Counted from the stretch's first letter, positions 14,231 to 28,710 are shown. The stretch: DNA of 64,000 bases from Tubulanus polymorphus (GCF_964204645.1 NC_134029.1:14286850-14350849), one strand, 5' to 3'. Numbers and translations: made by a program. The notes: a model not told the origin generated them from the sequence alone.

Positions 14231-15100
14231 TTCAAAAGTAAAGAAATTCTGAAGATTTTTGACATCCATTAATCTCGATATCCATATAATAATTTACCAA
14301 TCCACAGCTATGTCTAAATCTGTTAAGATATCTGGACCTTCTCTTCGGAAATCCTATCAGCGTATATTCGTAATCAGCATTCTTCCTTTGTATGGGGGGC
14401 TGAGGTTTGCAAGCCGCAGTATCGTTTGCTTTTAAGATTGTTAAGTGACCGAGTAGCTGGATGGTCATCCTCTCCATTCCAGCCCAGCAAATTTAAGACT
14501 CAATCTACGCTTTGACCTGCAAACAGAAAGATTCACTTGGCTCAACATTATGGACAACAAATTCCAAACACTCAGAAGGGGAAGTGATAGAAATTCCAAA
14601 TCAACCAAATCAATATAAAAATCAGCCCCTAGAAGTTGTGAAGGTGAACGGCAGGTAGTTCTACTAATACACGTACCAAGGCAACCAGCCTTTTCCACAT
14701 CAAGCTAAACACAACAGATGACAATGACTCACCAACAGAGAGAATAAATTGTCCTTGACATACTATAACGATGCTGTTTCCAAAGGATTTAATAACTCAA
14801 ACCTAGCGAAGACCAAAGGAGGCGTTTTGTCGATCGATTTCAATTTTAACAGTCTCGCCAAGTCCACCTTCAGTGGGGTATCCAGGATCCATGGAAGGGG
14901 GTGCACAAATCCAATTAGAGGGCCTGGGGTCCTCCCCCAGAAAATCTATTGAAATTAGACGCGTTCTGGGCACGATCAGAGTACGATTTTAAACTCGTAA
15001 TTTAAATAGTGATTTTCACAACTTTCATGAACGATATTGGACTGCCAAACGATTACAAATGATTACTGATCGCTACGCTGATCACACGTGATCAGTGTGA

Positions 15101-15175
15101 ATACTACTACTACCACTACTACTACTACTGCTACTACTACAACTACTAGTACTGCTACTTCTACTACTAGTACTA
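15101..15175. repeat. (ACT)n microsatellite
   Basis: Imperfect trinucleotide run. Confidence 0.9.
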
Positions 15176-15190
15176 TATCGTTCATATTAG

Positions 15191-15317
15191 GTCAGATGTG
15201 CGTGATATGTTGAAAGAACTCAATAGACAAGTTGCTGAGCACAATGAAAATAGACAGCGGTTAGAACTAGAATACAAGCAAAAACTTGCAAACCTTACAA
15301 AACAGTATGATTCCAAG
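15191..15317 (+). CDS. Probable internal exon of a host coiled-coil protein
   Basis: tattag| ... AAG|gtagg boundaries; open frame SDVRDMLKELNRQVAEHNENRQRLELEYKQKLANLTKQYDSK. Confidence 0.55.
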
Positions 15318-16239
15318 GTAGGCCTAAATGAGAGAATATTGCTCACTCGTATGTGCTATGGCCATCTGGCAGTATAATCTTGGATGCTCTTTGTCTACAT
15401 TTCAATCACATTTGAAAATAGATAAACCCCATGAACACGTTTAAAGTGATGTGTAGTTAAATCAGCAGTTCATTGAAGTTTTAACGTGATCCGTACAAGC
15501 AGCTGGGTAGACATTTTGAATCGTAGTTTGTAAAACTTGTAGTTTGTATTGAATTTTAGATAAACGCGTTAGAATTACGGCTATTTTCTGAGAATGCTAT
15601 GCACAATGTGACAAAGAACCAAGTGAATTCATTGGAAGAAGACTTGCAACGATTGCGCTGTAAATTATTGAATAAAAAAAGGGAAAATACTGACAAGTAA
15701 GTGTTTCATTATTGAGGGTCTTGATATTTTTGTCGAGAAAACAATCCATCTTCAGACAAAATATTCGGACTTTTTCGAAAATATCCTTGAGCACAATTGC
15801 ACAGTCATGGTCCTAAATTCAAAGACTAGTCCTAGATTTTTAGATTAAAATTAGAACTTTGATGGTCTTAGACTGGTCTTAAATCTAAGGCATAATAACT
15901 ACACAACTAGGCCAAGTTCTGGTTTATGCAAAAAGCGAACTTTGGTTTAATCACATGGAATTGGGAAAACCCACTTTTTCACCACTAGGGGGGACTTGAA
16001 TATGGAATGATATATGATATATTGTCTATCTATATGGGTACATATAGATTTATGTGTTGTAACTGCTCTAAATTGCTAAGTTGTAGCTCATAGCATGTTT
16101 TATGATTGCAGTGATTGTAATTGATACGTTTAGATACATTGATCCAGCCTGCCCAGTGAGGTGGGACTTGTTCCTTTTCCAAAACTGGAACTTCCAATTA
16201 ACTCGACAAAGTTTCAAGGTCCATGGACCATTTGTTAAA

Positions 16240-16900
16240 GATTGTGATCCTGTTAATTTGAATGACACTAGTATCGGTTGCCTTTTCTATGCCGATGAAC
16301 TAGTTATTTTAAGCAAAACCCCATTTGGTTTACAGAAGTCCCTTGACAACCTTGCTTCCTATTGTGATGAATGGGGCTAACCTGTAAACCTTTCTAAAAC
16401 CAAAATTATGATCTTTACTAAAATTAGCCATTCAATTCGATAAATGAGATATTTTTTATTTCTCTGGTTTAACTATTGACTGTGTTAATAAATACTGTTC
16501 AATTCTTCACACAAATTAGTGCTTGTGATTGATTACCTTCTGAAAAATGCATACAAGGTTCTTTTTAAGCTAAAGTCTATTGACTTAAGAAATCAAATTC
16601 CCATGGCTTACTCCTTATCCAACTGTCAGACCTATTCTTGATGACTGTTGTGAAATTTAGGCTTGCACCTACTCGTGTAATTACCTCTTTTAATTTTTTT
16701 GACTCATGGGACCGCTTTATTTTACATGTGCCAAACATTTATTGGGTCCTAACAAAAGAGCAGTTAATGCTGCTGTTCGTGGTGAGTTAGGACAATTTGC
16801 ACTCCTTAAAAATTTGTTCCCACTAATTTTATGGTCTTTCGCTTTAGCGACGTCCATGTTATCGCACATGAAACTTTCTTGCTTTGGTACAAAATAACTT
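16240..16900 (+). mobile_element. Non-LTR retrotransposon RT 3' fragment
   Basis: CLFYADELVILS...GLQKSLDNLASYCDEWG; AVRGELG. Confidence 0.75.
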
Positions 16901-17939
16901 AAAAGCGAGGCTTAGTTTCTCCACAGGACTTACAAAACATTCAATGCAGTAATAAAATCTCTTACCCTATTGAATTTCATCGGCATCCGTTATTTATTGA
17001 TTTAGTCATTTATTTGTTGTTGGAACTACATTTCGTTTTGGAAGAACACATGCCCTTTTACATATATTCATGCTTCACACACGTGCGCGGTACACACACT
17101 CGCTGCCATGTGATGTTTTAATCTGTGCATGCATATGAGAAGCTTGCCTCGCGTGTGGCCTAGTTAAAGTTTTCTGCAATATGATTCAACTGCCAGAGTT
17201 CGTTGTGGGCGGCCGTGAAAAGCAGTGAATTTTATAGAAGGACAGTAAAATTGGGAAAGTGGGAAGTGGATCTTGGAAGGTGTTCAATTTACGAAAATAA
17301 ATTGTCTAACGTGAACAAACTTCGTCCATACTTCGATGAAATAAATAATATCGTCACACCAGTGTCTATTTGAGTCAGTGGGGAAAACCCACTACCATGT
17401 ATATTCATGATTAATCATCATGCAGCTATGTGTGATGGAGATCATATCAATAGACAGATTTTCGTGAAAACTTCTTGATTCAATCAAGGGGGACGTCTTA
17501 GGCTTTTTTGATTACTTGGAGCACAGATTCTCTGAAATTCTGCCAAAAACTTCATGCCGAAGATAGGTATGTGTTTCCATTCAAAATTAGAAAATACATT
17601 TTTTTTCTTGATATTTTCGTCCTAATTTTCGATCTAATTGTCTGTAACAAGTCAATTTTCTCCCATCGTTTGAATTCAATCTGGTACTTATCACTCTTTT
17701 TCATCTGTTCTTAACCCTTTCCCCGCTTCTATTTCTAATTAAAAAATTGATTCTCATTACTTCTTTTTGCTTGTTTTGGGATATTCTGAACACGCGTGAT
17801 TCTCCACACATTCGCTGAAATAATACCCACAAAACTATATATTTTCTGAACGATAAATGGTGGCCTATTCAGAAGTGCTCATTCCCAAACTTGGTGACCG
17901 CATCTTCCGGTCTGTCTTAGTGCTGCCTAAGTGCCTGCC

Positions 17940-18875
17940 TGAGATACCTTCATGAAGGTGTGTCAAAGCCTTAGGCAGTAACACGTAAGGCAGAATGACA
18001 TATGATTTCCAAAGTCTGGATCCAGGGGCAGGTCTAGAAAATAAAACGTCCTTGTCAATAACAAGGCGCTCATATTAAACAAGAAACACTGGGTTTGGTG
18101 CTAAATTGACGCATAACAGCGGCACTAGGTTTAACCTGTTGTCGATAGACTAAGTCCTTAACTATCGATATGTCAGTGTCCTCGTCTTGTTACCGGGCTA
18201 TTTCCACTGTCGACAAGCCGGCATGATCACTACCAACACTTACTGCTGAAACCTGACATTTTGGGGCGCTGGTCTGACTACAACTAGGGCAGTCCCCATG
18301 ACGTTTCAGTTGTTAAGTGGATACGCCCGCGCCGGTGTTCAATATCGAAGTCATAGTCGGCCAACCGTTGTCCAGACTGAATGTTTGTAGACCGGAGCCA
18401 TTTGCTGCATGGTCAGTACGCACCAAAATTTTTAGGCCGAACAGGTGATGCGTGTTCGATCATATCGACTAGGGCAAGCATCTCTCGCCTGGTGGCACAG
18501 TAATTCTCTCCACCACCCCGTAATGTGTGACCAGCATACGCGATCACCCTTTTGGACGAATTTGCCTGCACCAATTGCCCAGTCACTAGCGTCACAGTCG
18601 ATAATAAATTTGCCTGCACCTGTCTCGAAATCAGGGAAGGCCAAAACAGGATGGCTAGTCAGTGCCATCTTTACGGCGTCAAATGCTCGCTGTTGCTCTA
18701 TTCCCCATACAAAAACATGGCCCTTTTTAGTAAGTTGGTGTAGGGGACGACACATTTAGAAATCCCTTCAATAAACTTTGAGTAATAGGTCACTAACCCG
18801 AAGAAACGGTGAACCTCTGAAACCGTGGTTGGAACAGCCCAGTTCATGATTTTCTCAACTTTGGACGGGTCAGCC
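17940..18875 (-). mobile_element. Ty3/Gypsy LTR retrotransposon pol fragment (RT connection/RNase H)
   Basis: PLHQLTKKG..FVWG..QQRAFD..K.ALTS.PVLAFPDF; IDCDASDWAIGA; NYCATRREMLAL. Confidence 0.85.
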
Positions 18876-20687
18876 TCTATATTATAGAGAGCGATATTGA
18901 AGTTGGCATCGAGCCAATTATGTAAAATTGTGGTACGTTTTTTATGTGAACATTTGTTTCATTGGTTCTCAGCTCAAACGACGTATAATCGATGCGATCA
19001 AAGACATGGCAAACCTGCGTCGATTCAGTGGTCAACCTTGTTAAAATTCTACGAAAAACTGTTTTTTGCGGGAAAATTCTTAGCTCTTGCGTATGAAATT
19101 GCAATGACCTCGATTGGGGGCGTTGTCTCTACGAGTGAATGTGATTGGCTCTTTATGACATATATGGGGAATTCCGGCGCTACTAAAATAAGTATGGGAA
19201 AGCCAAAATGGCGAGCGTTTCTTTCGACTAGGTGTCGTACGCTCGCGAATTCCAAATGCTCAGCTGGTGACAATATAATTATTTCACATATCCGCCATTG
19301 GTATTGTTTTATTTTAATACCCCGTGATTGTTTTGATTGACATTGAAGTGTAAGTGAACATTCACAGGGCCTCCACGTGTGTGAATACTATTATAGTGAA
19401 TACTGTAATACTATAATCTGGATTAACTGTATTCAGTGTATACATTTTCAAGCATGAATTCTCCTTTATGTATGTTAAAGCAGTTTGTGATTTACATATC
19501 ATTGAACACAAGTATTTATACTGTTGAGCCCTATACTGTGGGAGAGAAATAAACTAGACGTCTTCTAATGCAGTCGTTTCGTCGTTCGTTCTGAGTCTAC
19601 CAGGGAAGGCGTTTACAACGTGCGCGCTGAGTGCTAATCATTAGACTGTTGCACACACATGCTCGTACTAATACAGTATACACTTTTATATATGGTGATA
19701 CTGTAATAACGCTGCTTGCTGGCGCGTGCAGGTTCGACATGAAAATAAGCTTTCATTTAAGCTATTATAGCAGAAGATGAGCGCTGTTTTCTGTTTGATA
19801 GAATTTGTAATAAATTGTAATTTCTTGTGACCTGAAAATACTTAGCAGCAAACTACAGGTATAGGTCGAGGTCTGAATATTTTAGTGGTATTAAAACGAT
19901 CTACTGTCATACACCGATTTAATAACAGGACCGGTATGTTTCGTAGCTTCCTCGGAAAAGATTGTCAAGATTATTTAGCCACGCTCTGATTTGTGATATC
20001 ATATGAATTTGATTCAAAAATTTTTCATTTTGTGAAAAATATGTTTTCCAAATATAAAATAGTTTTCCTGCCTACCTGCACCCTACGGAATTTTGGATGT
20101 GGAAATGTATTTTTGGCCTCCATTTGACTTCAAAATAATTATTTCAGAAAGATAAAATGAAGTAATAGAACTTCCAATTCACAAATTAAAAAGATTATTC
20201 ATAAGCAATGCCCTTGCCAAACAGGCTCCAGTTTTCAAGGTAATCCACACTTTGCCCATGGGAAATTTATTTTTTTGTATCCTTAGCCCATAGATTCAAC
20301 TTCCCAAAGTTTGTATTTTCTGTCATCGCCATCCAACATCATGTAGGTTCATTGGTAAATAACTATAATTTCAGACGTGACAATTAATGAAAGATGGTAG
20401 CACCTGTCAAACATCGTGAAATATTAGTAACTAACAATACACCGCACCGCAGTGTAGATGCTCTATAGTGGTATTCCCGTTATTCAACACACTGGGGTGG
20501 AATTGTCCAAATTTTCAAATTATCTCCAGCACTATAGGGTAACTAACAGTTAGCACTGAATTAAAGTGCAATAAGTAAAATCAATCACTGTAGCCCACAA
20601 AATTATTAACATGGTTCGACCATACTGTCACTGCATCAATAATGCATTACTTCCTCTTCTTAATATGTCATAAATGTTATTTTTCAG

Positions 20688-20919
20688 ATCAAAAGATGTT
20701 TCACGTATTGAAGAAATTAATGAACTAATTGCCAAATCTCAAGTACGTGCACAGGCAATGCTATCAAATTCCTTTGCACTCGATGAAACTTCGCTTAACA
20801 ATTTGAGGTTTTCACCAATGGTTGGCACACCTACTGCATTGTCACCTGCATTTGCTACCAGTACACCACGGGTTCCATCAGTAAATTCCATGTTTCGACC
20901 CATTGATTCCAATAAATAA
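20688..20919 (+). CDS. Probable terminal coding exon of a host gene
   Basis: tttttcag| acceptor; protein-like frame SKDVSRIEEINELIAKSQVRAQAMLSNS...FATSTPR...*; downstream AATAAA (~21274). Confidence 0.55.
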
Positions 20920-22039
20920 CCATGAGATTTCATAAATAGTCAGCCCTTGACTATCAAGCACTCTGTTTTCATTGTGATTTTGAGTTTCTGATTAATAGAA
21001 TCGTTTTATTGTCAACTAGGATTAATTTCAGTTATCTACACTTTTCATTGTTACCAACGCCATTGTTTTAAGTATAATTGCTATTATATCATGTGCTTGT
21101 ATGCGAGGCAATTTATGCTATCACCAGCTTGATTTTTTTAGCTAGGAAACACGAACTTAAGGAACAGAATTCGTAGTTTGCTCAAACTTTTTGCAGTTAT
21201 GGTGAACATTTCATGCAGTATGCAAGCTTCCTTTAATTTAGTTACTAAATTGGTAAATTGGTAGCGTTTTCATGAATAAAAATTTTTTTGCAATTTTTAC
21301 TGCCCCAGCGGACGAGCTTAATCAGTGTGGGAGACCTCCTTTGTTACTGCGCTCAAACGTCATTCATGCAGTACCCTGTAATTGGCCGTGTTTTTGAATT
21401 CTTGCGATAACAACTATCTAGACACTGGATGATTGGATTTACTATAATCATACCCAATTAGCTGTACATTTCAAATCACAAAATTAGTGCTATTCGCAAA
21501 TACCAATTGAATTTGATTTCATTGCATGAATTCAATTTAATCAATACTCATGATAGACTGAAGCAAATGAAATACTTGAATTCTGTTTATAATATATAAC
21601 AGGTTTTACAGGTTTTTATAAGCATGTTTCCTCCTACAAAACAAGCGGTTTGCTATGAACAGCAGCGATATTCATTTACATGTCTATTTACCTACATCGT
21701 AAAATTGACTAAACTGTACAACTGTGTTTACTCATGTCATCATCCATCGGTCTCATCCCTTAATGACTTAATGAAGTTACCGCCAAAATGAAATTTTCAA
21801 TTAATCCACCCTTTGATCCGTATGCTCCTTGTGTATTATATGTTGTTTGTATTAACCCATGTAACTGTATTGAAAGTAATGTTTCATGGAATAAATATGT
21901 CTATGAAATACAGCGCAGCTATTCATGTTCCATGTTTGACTCATTCAACATCCGGTTACATTGTTGAAAAAATAGCCTAGAGCACTATGATAGCGCTCTA
22001 TTTTTTATCAACTGCATCATCTCTTTATTTCTATTAGGG

Positions 22040-22440
22040 ACCTTCCATATAGTATATACAAAACATTGCGTCGATGAGTCGTTCCGTTGATTTCGGCTAC
22101 ATGTTTTCGTTCATGTTTTCCAGTTAAGTGCTGAGCCATTTGAGCGACCTATCATTGATACTGTTTCCTAATAGCCTGTTTAGTAATGGCTGATGTTGTA
22201 CCTTATCAAATGCATTGTCGAAATCCATGAAGAGTAATTATGGCCTAACAGTCGATTTTCCAGAGTCAAATAAGACCATCTGATCCAATTGTCCATGGTT
22301 TCAAGTAGGTGTGATTGACTGTTTGTCAACCTACCTCTTATAAAACTGTGTTAACCGTTGAACAGGATTCTAAGACTGTGCAGAAAACCCGTCATCGCTG
22401 CTTTGCAGCTATTTTTCAAAATTATTATTCCGTATTATTA
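22040..22440 (-). mobile_element. L1/Tx1-like LINE RT fragment
   Basis: Minus strand reads LFMDFDNAFDKVQH (D..KAFD motif); degraded. Confidence 0.55.
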
Positions 22441-23879
22441 TATCTACTTATCATAGAACTTCCTTAAGGGGCCGAATATCCTAGCGTTTGTACAGCCTAA
22501 TTGACCGTTCAGGCCTATTTCACCAGTCTTAATATTTCTGCCATATACTGTGTATTCTTTTTTTGTAATTTTGTATTCCTCTTTTAAATGAAAATGTGAA
22601 ATAAATTTCATTTTATATAATTATCGGTATCTGAAGTCATAATTCTAACAGTGGCAGATAATAATCAAAAGGTTGACTTATTTTATGCAATCTATGCAAC
22701 TACATCTTCGGAGATTTTTAAATTCCATTCATTATCCACCTTTGCATTCATTGTCCACTTTTGCGTTCACTTTTCATCCGCCCATACATCTATCGATAGA
22801 ATCCAGTTATCGTGGAACCCAAAAACAAGCGTGTTCAGAAACAAGATTTCGTGGCAGTTATTGATTTTCACAGAGAGCAGGGCTTTGCGTTTTGGCTTAC
22901 TGTAATAACAGGAATGGAACGGAACGAATTAAATTGAAATTTTGAAGACGCGTAGATGAATTTTTGGCCACCCCAAGCAGCTGCGCCACAACGTGGGACT
23001 TACGCGAAGCAGTAGATTGCTAACATGGCCACACTTCGTATATTCGTTAAGGATATAATATTGTAGCAGAACAGGGATATATAAATAACCCGGCAAAAAT
23101 AGAACCGAAGTCCAGTTCTATGTCATTAGTAGTGTTCAATAAGACAGAATTTGATTTGGCGTCCACTACTGGGTCCGTCCCAGGTCCATCCAATGCCGGA
23201 AGGGTATTGGGTAAGGGGATGTGGGATTTAACATCCACCCCGAGATAGATAAAAGAGAAGAAAATAACTAGGGAATAACTGTCAATATGATTCAACGCCG
23301 ATGACTCGTAAAGGGGTAAGTAAATAAAGTGAGGCCTATCGCCGCCAGTAAACACTCCCGAGTGCCCACCGCAAAATCTCGTCCCCGCAGAGTCTCGTGG
23401 GATCAGCAAACAACTAGTCTGTACCTCAATCGGATATCCTCGGTAACGTTGGCGATAAATGTCTCTCAAATGTATACAAAGCTGTGCGGTCTGTTTCAAA
23501 TCTCGTCATGGAGACCCGCGTGGCGATAAAAGATGAAAAAAATCCTGGACTTCGATATAATGCAGATCAACTCGTCGTATGAGATATGATACGAAAAGTA
23601 CGTGTCTTTATTTACGAGATGGACATCCCAATAACACTAGCAACCATCATCAATACCAATAGGTTAGAGTATGATAACCACACTCAAACGTGGTAGACGG
23701 ATAATAAGATAAAACCCCACTATGTACAAATTAAAAGAAATTTTAAAATCGAGAATTTATTCATTCAAAAAATAAAAAATACACGACGTTTGACGGAGGG
23801 ATGATTTCCGGGTAGTTTTCTAGTTTTCATCACAATTATATATTCATGACACCATTTGGAATACTCTTCAAGGTCAAAC

Positions 23880-24520
23880 TAATCAGTTCTTTCCGAACTA
23901 AAATCCATCAAAACCATCTGCATCTCCAAGGCTGATAAAGGCGGTAAACTTGTTATTCAAGATTTGATCGAGTACATATTTAAAATGTCTGCTATTCTCG
24001 GTGATTCCAATTTCTACAAATCCATCAAAAAGAAACCTTTGAAAAAGATGAACCAGCTATTAATTTAGGTTTGAAAAACATCTCAAATAAATTCCACGAT
24101 CATTCATTCAGATTTCATCTCTAAATTCAACTCTCGGCTTCCAAATCATCCTTATGCTTATGGTATTCCTAAAATTCACGAACCCATTCACCTCATTTCT
24201 AATGTCAATTCTCCATCATATCGGCTTTCCAAATATCTGGCTAAAGTACTCTCCCCGGCTTTGGGTACTTTTTCTGACTCTCACATTCGGCACAATATTG
24301 ATCTTTTAGACAAACTCAAAAATCTCAAACCTAATGGCCAAAATTTTATGTTTTTCGACGCTGTATCTTTGTTCACTAATATACCATATTGGAACCAACT
24401 CCCGGACACCAATATTGATCTCCCGATTCCTTTTGATTCCTGTTGATTGCTTACTTGAACTACTGGAACTCTGTACAACCAATCTATATTTCCAATTCGA
24501 AGACAGATTCGGCTCAAGTC
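23880..24520 (+). mobile_element. Penelope-like element RT fragment
   Basis: KADKG; YGIPKIH; SPSYRLSKYLAKVL; FDAVSLFTNIP. Confidence 0.8.
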
Positions 24521-25242
24521 CATAATAGCATTAAGTAGTGCCAGCAGAGATTAATCACAACGGACTGGTATTTGAAATTAATCCGCCCATATCGGGCTGA
24601 TTGAATCTTACATTACGCCATACGGACGTACCGGCAAACCGACATACCTTCAAACCGACATACCTACAAACTGACACACCGACAAACCGACTTATTGACA
24701 AACTGACATCGGCATTTAACAAAAAAGATATATTATTTAACCTTATTATTAATAGCAATAACATACTGAATGCTCGGCGGATTTTATGTATCTTGGGTTC
24801 CACACGTCTAAAGGTTTTCCCGTTATTTCATTGTATAAATGCTTTTACCATAAGTCTATGAATTCAAACGATTATAAATAATAAAGCTGCAAAGCAGCGA
24901 TAACGGGTTTTCTGCGAAGCCATTCAGGATGAAGAGAATTGAAGAAAATTTAAATACCGATACATGGAATAAAATGCATTGACAGATTCGAACCTTAATA
25001 TGCAACCACTGTGTAAACGTCCAATGTGTCAGCTTTGAAACCGAACTTACGCGGACGTACAATCAATAAATATGAATTGATTCGACCAGGCATTTATTTT
25101 GGCATTCAAACTTTATGATACTGTATTATCACCACCCTTAAAAATGGGTGAACTCATAGTAATAACATTATGGCGTTATATACGAGAGTACAACACATCA
25201 CTCATCACCACTCGTCACCACTAGTAATTTTTTTCCTTATAA

Positions 25243-26152
25243 ATGGGAGAGAGTGAGTTCCAAACATTAAATAAAATGATGTTAATGAAAATCAATATTA
25301 TTGTCCATATGTAGAAAATACATTGATAAATCTAATAGATCTCATCATGAAAAATCTGCAAATCATAAAGAAAATGTTATATATTTTGAAACTCCAGAAA
25401 ATCCCAATGAAAGGAAAGAACAATAAGAAAATATGAAAAAAGATGAAATTAGATGCGATATTTGTAACGGATTTATAATAAAAATGAATTTTAAAAGACA
25501 TCTTGAATCCAAAAAACACCAACAAAATCTAAGTTATAATGTTTTAGATACAGAATATTTTGATGATGAATTTCAACAAGTAATAGAATATATTTAAAAA
25601 AAATTATAATCAAATAAACCTTATATGAAAAATGTTAAAAATTCTATTGATTCATTAGAAATAAAAGATACAATTGAAATTTTAGAAACATGTAGTAAAA
25701 TTGAACCTGCAGCTATTATATTTAGATTTTTTAAAGGCACAACAATTGAAGATTATAGAATATTTATTGAAATAATGGAAAAAATAATGGATTTCGTAAC
25801 AGATGTTGAATATCCAAAATAGTCTTTTAGGAACAGTAAGTTTTATAAAATCAGAAGAAAAAAGGGATTATGAAAATAGAAAAGAGATTAGAAAAAAATA
25901 TGTAATGAATTTAAACGTCATATCGAAGAAAGATATTTTGAGGGTTCCAATATAAACAGTCAATGAAAATATGTTTTTAGATTTAAATATCCATAATACA
26001 AAAAGGAATAAAAAATCAAAAATTAATAAAAGGTTTACTAATGATTCAAACAAACAGAAAAGATTTACATTTATAACAGAAAAGAATATTGAAGCATCAT
26101 CTTATGTTAAATATTACCATTTACTACAAAAGCAGTAATAAATGTTCAAAAT
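25243..26152 (+). pseudogene. Decayed fragment of a Maverick pPolB N-terminus (zinc fingers onward)
   Basis: Colinear with 33396-34300: IEILETCSKIEPAAIIFRFFKG vs IEITEAFKSDIGPAAIEFRFHKG; shared GAAGCATC...GTAATAAATGT(T/A)CAAAAT; AT-rich. Confidence 0.7.
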
Positions 26153-28114
26153 ATAACTGCATAGCAGCGATAACGGGTTTCTGCCTAATTGGGTCATATA
26201 TTGAACTGGGAAGCGTACGAAGATTTCATCGAAATAATTCTAGCCCATAACATATGGCTATTGCCAAGAAGCGCAACCTGGGTAAACATTATGCTGGATA
26301 TGTGAATATTAGGAGTCCATTTGTCAAAGCATCGAAGCAATACAGTCCAACTTGTTTATGTCTAAGATGATGCGCACGGGGCAGGGCCGTCATCATATTG
26401 CTGACTTATCCAAATTACGCTTACACAGCGCAACGTTTTTCAGTGTGCAAACTCCGTCGTACTCGGCATTATAGGACAGTGAGGAATTGATTTTTAGCCA
26501 CCTGAGCCCTTGGCTTGATTCGAGCAAAAGACCTTAAATGACTTCACAGAATTTGATTATGAGTCTAGGATTTTCTAAATTTTTGAAGAATGCTTTCTCT
26601 GGTTTTGAGATCGATTAAAATTCACTCCTGAATACATTAGTAAAGAATTAGTCAAATATTCTTATTTTATTGAAAGAAATTCTACTGAACACAGATTTTG
26701 AAATGAATTATGTGTCGATTGATCCAGGCGAAGTAATTACAGCTAAATCAACTGACGATCAACAAGGTGGAGTTTTCATTTATCTTCGGATAATTTGTCT
26801 ACCCCTGATGATACAAGCATTTTGGCGACATCTTTTGAAACCTCAACGCTTTATCTGCGCGTGTCAATTAGTCAGTGACAGTCGATTTTCATGCCATCTG
26901 ACCTCTTTCCACTTGTAATTAAGTCATCTAATGTAAGAATTACTCAGTTATGTAATAACATAGGCCTAATAGAGGAGTGGAAGAAAGTATAACAAATATT
27001 CAAATCGTGCGTTTGTCCTGAAACATCTATTACTACCGTCTCGCAGAGCATAGACACCTACCGTTAAGCCATGTGGAATTGGTATTTTAAGGGCTATTCG
27101 GTTTACTCCAAAACAAGTCTCTGATAAACTTTTAAAAGCTTCATAAGCGCACAGCGAGCGCCGAAGGCGCGAGCTGGAAGCTCCTTAAGTTAATCGCGCG
27201 TATGAGGCAAATTCAAATTTTCTCTATTTCTCCATACCGTCCTTCTCAAAAAGTGTAGTTAACATCCGGGACACATGGGCATTGGCTGAATCGCGGCAAC
27301 GAAAATGACGGTCACGGACGGACTTTCGTCGAAACTTGCGGGCCGCATCGTGCGGGTAGTTTAAATACGTCAATGAAGGATAACAAAATGATTTTGTGTA
27401 ATTTTCAGAATATTTACAAACAATATTCACAAAATATTGTCAAAAAATGTTATTTTTAGTTCGTATTTCTCCGTAGAAATCGATTGGAAGACTGGATTCG
27501 AATCCCACAAAAAGCACAGTCCCTTAGCAACGGGTTCGAATTTTTTAGAATAACAAGCGCGCCGGTTTCACAGCATCACTAAGGGTCGAGTCCCAGAGAA
27601 AAATGCGCGCGCGCGGTCCGCGTGTTACAAAATGACCGTCCCGCTGATCCACATAAGTACTGAATAATTAACTCGCCAAAAATTTTGCCAATCCCTGGGA
27701 GTAAAATGCCGTGCGTTTTTTAACATATCTTATCTTTATGTGTCTTTTACTCCCGTTTTTCAAACGTTATTCCCCTTTTCCGTTTCGAGTAAAATTCGTA
27801 TGCCGCTATAATCCGTATTCAAAATACCGTTGTTCCATTAATTCCGTACCCATGCAACCCGTTGTAATACTTAGGAACAAATCTTTAGTGTAAAACATAT
27901 AAAACTATTGAAGCCATGAGATTTAATGTAAAAATCTGACGTTTTTTAACTACAGAAAAATTTATTGTCGTGTAATCGATAAAACAATAGGCTCTCAAGG
28001 CTCAACTCCAAAATAGGTAAAAGTAGATCTGCGGGTTGGTTCCAATGTTTTCACTGAGAAAAGTATTAATACGAGCAGATCGATAGAAAGAGGCACGTGA
28101 AGTAATTTTCAGAA

Positions 28115-28530
28115 GTCGACAATCCGGCAATCGGCATACAGAAACCTGATATTCGACCATTTCTCGAGTCGACAATCGGTAATCCGCAATCAGAAACCTG
28201 ATAGTCGACCATTTCTCGGATCGGCAATCGGCATTCAGAAACCTGATTGTCGACCATTTCTCGAGTCGACAATCGGCAATCTGCAATCAGAACCTGATAG
28301 TCGACCATTTCTCGCCTCGACAATCGGCATTCAGAAACCTGATTGTCGACCATTTCTCGAGTCGGCAATCGGCATTCAGAAACCTGATTGTCGACCATTT
28401 CTCGAGTCGGCAATCGGCAATAAGAACCTGATAATCGACCATTTCTCGCCTCGACAATCGGTAATCAGAAACCTGATTGTCGACCATTTCTCGAGTCGGC
28501 AGTCGGCAATCAGAAACCTGATAGTCGATG
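28115..28530. repeat. CpG-rich minisatellite, ~9 units of 44-52 bp
   Basis: Recurring AGAAACCTGAT(T/A)GTCGACCATTTCTCG with variable TCGGCAA subunits. Confidence 0.9.
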
Positions 28531-28567
28531 ATCTGGTCATTCTCGTCAACATTTCAGAAAAAGTAAA

Positions 28568-28710
28568 ATGATATAGATGCTGCGATTGTGAGGGTGAAAT
28601 AGATGTGATTGTGAGGGTGATATAGATGTTGTGATTGTGAGGGTGATATAGATGCTGTGATTGTGAGGGCGATATAGATGCTGCGATTGTGAGGGCGATA
28701 TAGATGCTTC
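28568..28710. repeat. ~26-bp tandem repeat
   Basis: GATATAGATGCTG(C/T)GATTGTGAGGG(T/C) x ~5. Confidence 0.85.

Larger units (their letters stand above)
8561..15106 (-). mobile_element. DIRS-superfamily (Ngaro/PAT-like) tyrosine-recombinase retrotransposon, degraded, with nested insertions
   Basis: Split direct repeats: 8561-8636 ~ 8769-8845 and 8724-8774 ~ 15055-15106 (A1...B1-A2-B2 layout on the minus strand); RT and YR remnants inside. Confidence 0.75.

Noticed and set aside
18897-19340. 147-aa ORF, and the 150-aa ORF at 23047-23499
   Set aside because: No recognisable motifs, non-ATG starts, likely within unclassified repeats
28115-28530. Regularly spaced repeats resembling a CRISPR array, and the overlapping repetitive ORFs
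   Set aside because: Spacers are not unique (built from TCGGCAA subunits), no cas genes, eukaryotic context; the ORFs are by-products of the minisatellite
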